The translations under genes were made by a program, and so were the position numbers. Below, one piece after another: positions 58,801 to 64,000 of a stretch of DNA of 64,000 nucleotides; position 1 is the first letter of the stretch, and the number at the start of each line of letters is the position of its first letter. The DNA is from Amoebophrya sp. A120 (lineage: Eukaryota; Protista; Dinoflagellata), in NCBI GenBank assembly GCA_905178155.1, contig CAJINV010000018.1, positions 600,609-664,608 on the forward strand. Direction: 5' to 3'. The notes under the pieces were generated by a model that did no database searches, had not been told where the DNA came from, and worked only from the letters and a program-made list of their open reading frames with translations.

Positions 58801-60055
58801 CCGCCTCGAAATAAACACCTGCTGCATCACCCTCCCAGAGTGCAAGTTGACCACTGCCCCCCGGCTACCGACAAATGCCGGGACCCGCCCCCACATCATC
58901 TGCCATCCGACCTTGACCTGCATTTGTACTACACCCTGCCCGCCCGACCTCGAGCTGCCGAAGTCAACCACACTTGGACGGCCACCACGGACAACCGACT
59001 GCACGCTGCGGCGGGGCAAAACGGTCGACACCTTCGCGAGATATGGGCGGGGGCGCCCCAAGGCGGGGGCCGCCCCCCGAACAGGTATAATTCCACTTCT
59101 AATTGTTGTGGTTCTGAGCTGCATGGAATGCAATACTTTCATGCCCCCGGCGTCGGTGTTTGCTCGTCCCCCACACAGCCACCAGGTCATTCGATACGTT
59201 GGGAACCATACAACACGTTCGGGAAGATCTGGAACTACCGAGGAGGTAGCAGGAGGCTTCCTGGGGCGAAGCAACATGGCAATGACCTCTGGTGGCGCAA
59301 CCACGACAACCAGGGCAACACCCCTACGGCGTGGACATGGGGGCCGCACGCTAGGACGGCGGGCATTTGCGGCTGGCACCAAGGCACGACACCAGAGCGG
59401 GTGCCCCGGGACGGGGGGCACCCGAACAGGTATAATTCCACTTCATACACCTGTTGTTCTTTGTGGAGTGTTGAGGTCCACGACTCTCATGCTGGCGCGT
59501 TTGCTTCCCTCCCCTACAACACCCAGGTCCACTACCACCATGCGGGGCGGTCCAAATTCGGGCGGTGGAGCGCGACCACGGAACCACACCAGGCGGCGAC
59601 GTGGCGGTGACCGAGCGGCGAAAACTGGACACGGCTTGAAGAGTCAGAAAATGAAAGAGATGAACTAGGAGTTTGCATTTTGCTGGCTCCAGCTGCTGCT
59701 AGAAATCTTGAAAGCTAGACTTCTAAGCGAAAAGACAAATTATTTATTTTTTAAGACGATCAAACTCGAAGTTGATAATTGCAAACTAATACAAACAGAG
59801 CTTTATTTTATAGGGGAAAGCTTTTTGGTATTTACTTTACAGGAGAGTGCTTTTTTCAGAACTTGTTGTTGTACTTGAGCAAAAGTTTTATCTTCAACTT
59901 CCTAGATCTTAGAATTCAAAAAATATTCGGGTTCAGCAGTGGTCTTATTGCGAGATCAAATCGAGAAAGAAGAAATTGGGATTGCAACGGAACTTTTAGG
60001 GCCTTGAACATTTGAAGCCATGCCCAGGCATGGAAAGACAGACAGACAGACACGG
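52847..60055 (+). mobile_element. Non-LTR retrotransposon (LINE; Ingi/I-group-like), about 7.2 kb
   Basis: Intact polyprotein ORF, (AGAC)4 tail at 60036-60051 and a candidate 19-bp TSD TTTTGCATTGCACAAAACC (52828-52846 / 60056-60074). TSD length is ambiguous because the target is repetitive. Confidence 0.85.
53185..59610 (+). CDS. LINE polyprotein: zinc finger, APE endonuclease, reverse transcriptase, RNase H, zinc finger, repetitive tail
   Basis: APE: QWNCQS, FLQEHW, WDVNGH, PTR...PDW, SDH. RT: GPDG, SYRPVALT, DLETAFDRV, GVPQGTVIGP, YMDDL, KFLGITLD. RNase H: YTDGS, AERAA, TDSQS, GNEVADKLA. CPFC...HLVQEC. Confidence 0.95.
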   Translation: MEDEDDIMWTRTHRNGAVDLMPGESKRSLVNRGVLTEQQVRERFYGEDSPEAIAGRQRLAQREQRQQQPNAGATSSSSSSSSRKARPAPSQDEQAKEDSTDAWGRPLTVPCSHRFDKTTELLCHDITPEKGTPDKRYECTICREDPNANANRVYQVGRVNALKGMLSHAAEEHPEVTRVMLPAYPRGVHTGGGPAQMSHYKVGYVQEAPREVALDFAIPDLPPRTDWAGEVGVQWNCQSVRSEKAKAAKAPGLRRLVRGVDSSLIFLQEHWCETEEEFGEFVRLLGDEFVLVSFSPATSGSGGNATYGGAAVVAHKNVKAEDAKDGFQWNTKEGGRHNLAAAHVYSGTAKNAALTGAAVYTAPGAKGLPLPKGKNGDEVFLSWDVNGHRTAVFPPAERDDQRGSDVEQFALDQGLATFANRETPTRPSSETSPDWLLMSDSLAARAYAVQPNGPAVVPLASDHSALVFCIPQPAARTGAQGATSSSTSSAAGSGSAHQAGKAEGVADAGHSSATGRKGPGGFLFGGGGIAGAQGRKQGAAPSKTSGAARRRQRKEKRAQARKASEPRGFRLGKWVTSWAAAVPLVQSFFAGPQPPTPAHLQSLSEEKETVAKRKQTKLVFERADWDLYREEFTNFLTANAPTEETPLTKQAEFFRKAVVTATAKAVPRVSVNPKKVRPRRKHHEPTELEAAIVRRNECARRAHAAQTGDERARWQKETKLATRAVRAAENERRRKQFREKAEKAQATTSGAFQLLRELEAGGRPVTGAAKVLKFEGESHATGLPTVFAKHYASLPTLDEAEEQTAKREAEKIFSTEIKPSTRIEFTLDEVEAALVSQSSTSAGGPDGLKGPQFKNLPTAGKKFLRGFFSDCVNTGGTPQTLKRELLKPLLKPSKPVDKPSSYRPVALTPILAKLLERCVQSRTRLLFAQAGTPARSHLQYGDCKHRGAAEHVATLSARAQKTFRAGKRRALVLIDLETAFDRVNRHKYARHALKNGARLPEDKRAEHALLVRWTRNFCGDRTRVVEYAGGRSQVHKIPQGVPQGTVIGPTVFCDFFELAEVLEGTGCEVFLYMDDLAISVEYDDPEEAERKLQAALDRLHDWRRRNNMSLSPTKCTLTVLQRVFQQEEKELKLYTHSEVGTELPYESHPKFLGITLDREMRFRKHTEKMLGKLRRRMVAVRALARLPWTRTADVRVFYRLFCESLFRYGLGSYYFALPQKCKQELDRFHKQAARSILGLPRTTNGDCALHEAGLQPLENLAKEEAAALLARGMSREKTDPLREQVEAAAGQVDWVTAAADALRASALPEGCEVLAEPGALPQNGLSTVHAAKEAGRLTVRTTGTTDEELRQLTTAADVSLYTDGSAKDFQCAAAVVEDARDRYKEYGWATTSYGDSFDAERAALLGALATVAERPAGEVRTAVVVTDSQSNLEALQNPRIRDGSDLLLYETLRDALEKLGPTGHLSLVFTKSHRKVVDGNEVADKLATMAREQTDFTGVGARVTHRQAKREVARSLRQQKKKELQDKGKQPGGSKTCMTLRQVSNFAANPVDSVAHATRADEVAYNAARMGLLVSDITGRDYACPFCQGRTQNPPAATTAHLVQECPALQHLRVADPSNPGAFRSAALQEDPCWGIEFIRLLRRALQPGGELDDDADWDSDTEGEEQRHSIGGSGAGEFFSANKAPPGLRPLLPPSQTYYRGRGVVEEAWGGPDRYSYSDCCLPTMTTSRNEGCHEFTPDLQDPFLPAQHVTAQSRHHQSCSPPRTSSAENSSQADSRPRSPSTVQPEAAPNLHRQEVYPATSWVCGRSVPPEQRTPTNLRETPTRAPPGGGCPNRYSHSSCVAHGLFEFHTPQCSRLAVVASPPTTQVYHQPPRNKHLLHHPPRVQVDHCPPATDKCRDPPPHHLPSDLDLHLYYTLPARPRAAEVNHTWTATTDNRLHAAAGQNGRHLREIWAGAPQGGGRPPNRYNSTSNCCGSELHGMQYFHAPGVGVCSSPTQPPGHSIRWEPYNTFGKIWNYRGGSRRLPGAKQHGNDLWWRNHDNQGNTPTAWTWGPHARTAGICGWHQGTTPERVPRDGGHPNRYNSTSYTCCSLWSVEVHDSHAGAFASLPYNTQVHYHHAGRSKFGRWSATTEPHQAATWR

Positions 60056-63000
60056 TTTTGCATTGCACAAAACCGAATCCCGCAAAATCGACTTTGCATT
60101 CCACAAAATCGATTTTGCATTGCACAGAACGCAGATTGCACAAAATCGAATCCCGCAGGCGCGGATTGCACAAAACCCCTCCTCCAGACGCGCAATCCCG
60201 CAGATTGCACAAAATCGATTCTCCATTCCCCCAGAACGCAGCGCCGACCAAAAGGTCGGCTTTGTGCTGGCCACAGGTTCGCCGTTGTGGGTCGCGCAAT
60301 CGCTGTTGAAGGCCACACAATCGCCCGACCACACAAAATCGATTTCGCAGCTTCCCAGGTCCGACCGAATCGAGCGGCTGCGTGGCTCAATATCGAGGCG
60401 GTGCGCCACGCAATCCGCCGGGCCGACGGACTAGGGGGGAGAGCTTCCATCCCGCTATGCGCCTTAGCGGATCTCCCACAAAATCAATTTTGTGCGTCCG
60501 CCCTTTCTTCGCGGATGCAGTCTCCCACGCCAATGCCTTACCAACCCCCGTCCCAGCCCGCGCCCTATGAGGTACGGGCAACGAGCCCTACCGGCCACAA
60601 AATCGATTCTGCAGCCCCTCAACCCTATGGACAACGTCGGCACCTTGCCGGACATTCGATTTTCCGAAGAGATCTGGACTTCCGGAAAGATCTCGGGAGA
60701 TCGCTGCGGTCCGGATTTTCCGACTTCCGGAAAATAAAGCTTCCTAGAAAATAGCAGAAAATCGATTTCGTGCCTCCATTACTATTCAATAGTAGCGAGA
60801 TCGGACCAAACCTGGTCCATATCATCGGCGGAGGCAGTTGCTTACTATCCAGTTGGTAATCTGCTGCCAAAAATCCAAAAAAAATCCGAAGGCAGTCGCA
60901 CTCGAGGTGTCGCACGCAAAAATACGATTTGTTTTGTGTTGCGTCCCGAGCAAAATAGTAATTACTATTGAATAGTAACCAACTGCCTCCGCCCATGGTA
61001 TGGACCAGGTTTGGTCCGTCTTCGTTACTATTGAATAGTAACATCTGCGCACTTTTGGCGCACACTTGGGCGCACTTTTGGCACACAGAAAATCGACTTT
61101 GGTGCGCCTCCGAATCTCTTGAAAATGCAAGCGCTCGGATTTTTGGCAGCAGATTACCAACTGGATAGTAAGCAACTGCCTCCGCCGATGGTATGGGCCA
61201 GGTTTGGTCCGTTCTCCGTAGCAATGAAGCAGAAAAGCGATTTTCCGCCTCGGTTTTCGATTTCGAGGACTTGCGGATGTCCCGATCTCGATTTTCGATT
61301 TCGGAAAATTCCGGATTTTTCGCAAACATCGGAGTTTTTAGAATTTCCGGAATTTCCGGAACCCGGAAAATCGATTTTTCGGCAGTCCCGGAAAGTCCAA
61401 CACGCGGATTTCCGGAACACTTGCTCCTCTGGATTTTCAGGAAGTTGGAAAATCGATTTTGCCAAGCAGCCGGACTGCCACCTACCTTGCCCACATAGCA
61501 GGCCCACCACCTCTTGTGCCCGCGCCACCACTCACGCAGACACCGCACAAGGAGCGGGCCAGCAAAATCGATTTTGCGCGCCTCGGGTGATTGAACCCAC
61601 AGACGATTCTGCGAGCCTGAAGTGACTAAAGTCCCCGACTCTTCGCCCCAAGCGCCCAGCGGCTGTCGAGGACTGAGCCGCGGCACCCACCGAGGGCTGC
61701 CTGTTCACAAAATCGATTTTGCGACCCCCGCGCCAGCCGAGAGCCTGTTCCTGGCGCCTCTACGGAGCTCAGAACACGCAGACGGGGCCCATGCCACTCC
61801 CGCGGCTTTTCAGAACTAGGGCCCGGATGTAAATCCACAATCTCGGGAATTCCCATTGGTTTTTACGCTGGGCCAACACGGTGAATGCGCGGAACTTCAT
61901 CGGGGCGCAAGTTCTGGAATTCGCGATCATCCCTGAGCCTGTAGCGTGCGACCGAAACATCGATCCAAGGCGGGCAGAGGCCCGTCCTCTGCGACTTCGC
62001 CCCACGCAATCAATTTTGCAGCTTTTGCCGGATTTTCCGGCATTTGTGTTGGTAAAATCGATTTGCGACCACGCGCGGATTGTGTGGCCCCGCCCGAGGA
62101 TAGGGCATCTTTGAGAAGCGTACCGGAAGGGTGCGCACAAAATCGAATCTGTCCGCGAGTACTCACAAAAGCGATTTTGTGAGCACCGCCCGCCGGGCGG
62201 AATATGACAACCCGGCGTCCCCAACCCGGCTGCGGGAATCTTTCTGACAGCCCGGATGCTCCAGGGTGGGGCCTAACGCCTCAGGACACCGGCAAAAACT
62301 GCCGCGAGACCGAGTTGGCGCATTCTCGAGCTTCGAGAACGCGGGCAACCGACTTCGTTTCGCGCTACTTTGCTTCGCTTGTGGACGTTAGCAGCCGCGG
62401 CACAAAGTCGATTTTTTGCGGCGTGCCTGGATTTTTTGCGGATTTTTTTCCGATTTTCTTAACATTTTTGAAGTCGGTCCAAATCAGTACTAAGTTGTCA
62501 GAACAAAACATCAATTGACATCATCAACCCCCCAGCAAGAAGCATGACACATTCTCATTCAACTTCGTCTTCAGCATTCAGCTTCATATAAAAAATGCGT
62601 GGAGATGGAGAAAAATTTGCAATGCGTAGGTTGCTCCACTCTTCTTCTGTCGACCTCCACATACCTCATTTGTGATGTGTAAAGATTAGTACGCTAGAAG
62701 AGGACAACAGCGTGAATGGAGACTCAATGTCAATAGCAATATTGTCGAGTTCTCCAAAAAATCGTCACATGACATAGATGTTGTAGCATCACAGATGAAA
62801 CGCACACAAACGAACGTATAACATACTTTGGCAATTGGAAGTCTTCTGATTTCGGCAATCCCTCTACTCCCCTGCAGCTAGCTGACCGAGCGAGTTGTCT
62901 TCGGAGTGGGACGGAGGCAGTATGACGTGCGACAACCTCCTGCTCCTGTTGTACGACTAGTGCCCCCCTCGTCCCTCGCATTCGTGATTTGATCTTTATG

Positions 63001-64000
63001 TCTCGATCATGAACGTGTGAGCGGGGAGAGGCTGTTGGACGCCCTTCTGCACCCCATGCAAAAAAGCAACACAGCAGCCAATGTTGGCCCGCCGTGGTGG
63101 AGGTCAACACCTGAGTGATGCAAAAGCAAGAAGCTGCGGCACCCTTTATTTTCGACGCAGCACGACTACTTCTCGTTAGAGTTAGTAGTACTAGTACAAA
63201 GAATGAAGCTACATCTACTTCATGAAACATCTCATCCGCGGCAGGAGAGGGGCGCTCTACTTACAACAAGCAGGAGGATTCTTCTGATGTCACGTTTGAT
63301 ATTCCAGCGTGGCGTTAGTTTTATCGATGCCCGCTAGTAGCACATCCATGTGCGGGTTGCCGCTCAGATCCTTCTTCGGCGGCATTTTGGCGGATGGTGA
63401 CGGCGGATGTGCTCGTAGAAGACGGACGAGATGTGGCTGTCGCTGCTATTTTGTGGTGCAGAAAGTAGTAGATGCAGCACAAGGCGCCTCTGTGGAGAAG
63501 TCAATTCACCTTGTCCTCCTGATCCGCGTCGACGTCGCGCTGTGGTGCGCCGTCGTGGTCGTGTGGTGGAGGTTGTAGTACGCAGATTTTTTCTTTCTTG
63601 ATTTTATGTCTTGTACCTACTTCTTTCTGGTTGTGATCTCCTCTGTTTCGTACATCAAGCTTCGACACACCAATATAAATATTTCGTCGTGCTGACCAGC
63701 CTTACGTTGAAGCTGAGTGACCCTTGACCAAATTAATACAACATGAGCATCATCCCGCGGCCCAATTCGTGCACGAAAAAAAAACTAGTTTTATTTTTTG
63801 CCAGCACAGAAATCATCTATATCTTTCATCCTGTGCGGTCCCCTAAACTGGAATAGCATGCGAAGAATCTCGCTGCACAAGACCCAAAGTCGTAGCTGTT
63901 GAAACAACACGAGCTGGTAGAAGTCTCCTCGTAGTTACGTCAGTTTTTAGTTCCGTCTTCAAGACAATACGAACTTCACATCTTCGACAACGATTACGAT

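Larger units (their letters stand above)
52204..62493. mobile_element. About 3-kb non-autonomous TIR element rich in AAAATCGATTTT repeats, split by a LINE insertion
   Basis: Imperfect TIRs of about 55 bp (TT.GTA.TGATTTGGACC.ACTT...AAGAAAATCG.AAAAAAATCCG). GTTGTC duplicated at 52198-52203 and 62494-62499 (or a 4-bp TTGT TSD if the ends are C...G). Confidence 0.7.

Noticed and set aside
58316-59460. Dinoflagellate spliced-leader relics or a CRISPR-like array in the LINE tail
   Set aside because: The repeat does not match the DinoSL 22-mer, and the spacers are about 350 bp and homologous to each other.
62730-63600. Possible gene in ORFs 62730..63230 / 63309..63578
   Set aside because: No homology, no consistent exon chain and no introners to anchor a model.

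Overview
Eukaryotic, alveolate-like genomic DNA. It most likely comes from the parasitic dinoflagellate Amoebophrya; the element ends match my recollection of the strain A120 introners, but this identification is an inference. The window holds six host genes: a 29-exon outer-arm dynein beta-type heavy chain (minus strand, 39015-16825, about 4,586 aa), a multi-exon FkbM-family methyltransferase (minus, 47914-40749) and four hypothetical genes. The dominant signal is 58 short TIR elements (110-344 bp; one is expanded to 2.2 kb by a nested insertion) from at least 12 sequence families. All follow one grammar: 5-bp target duplication + TA(T)...(A)TA ends + terminal inverted repeats + internal GCAT(G/C/T)ACAA motifs. 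56 sit inside coding sequence, in either orientation, without GT-AG ends. Removing each element plus one 5-bp copy restores the reading frame every time, so they behave as transposon-derived non-canonical introns (introners). Also present: a 1.9-kb TIR transposon nested in one introner, a 2.1-kb PIF/Harbinger-like element, a 7.2-kb LINE (APE-RT-RNase H) inserted in a roughly 3-kb repeat-rich TIR element, and a truncated LINE RNase H fragment. All gene models were spliced by hand without RNA data.
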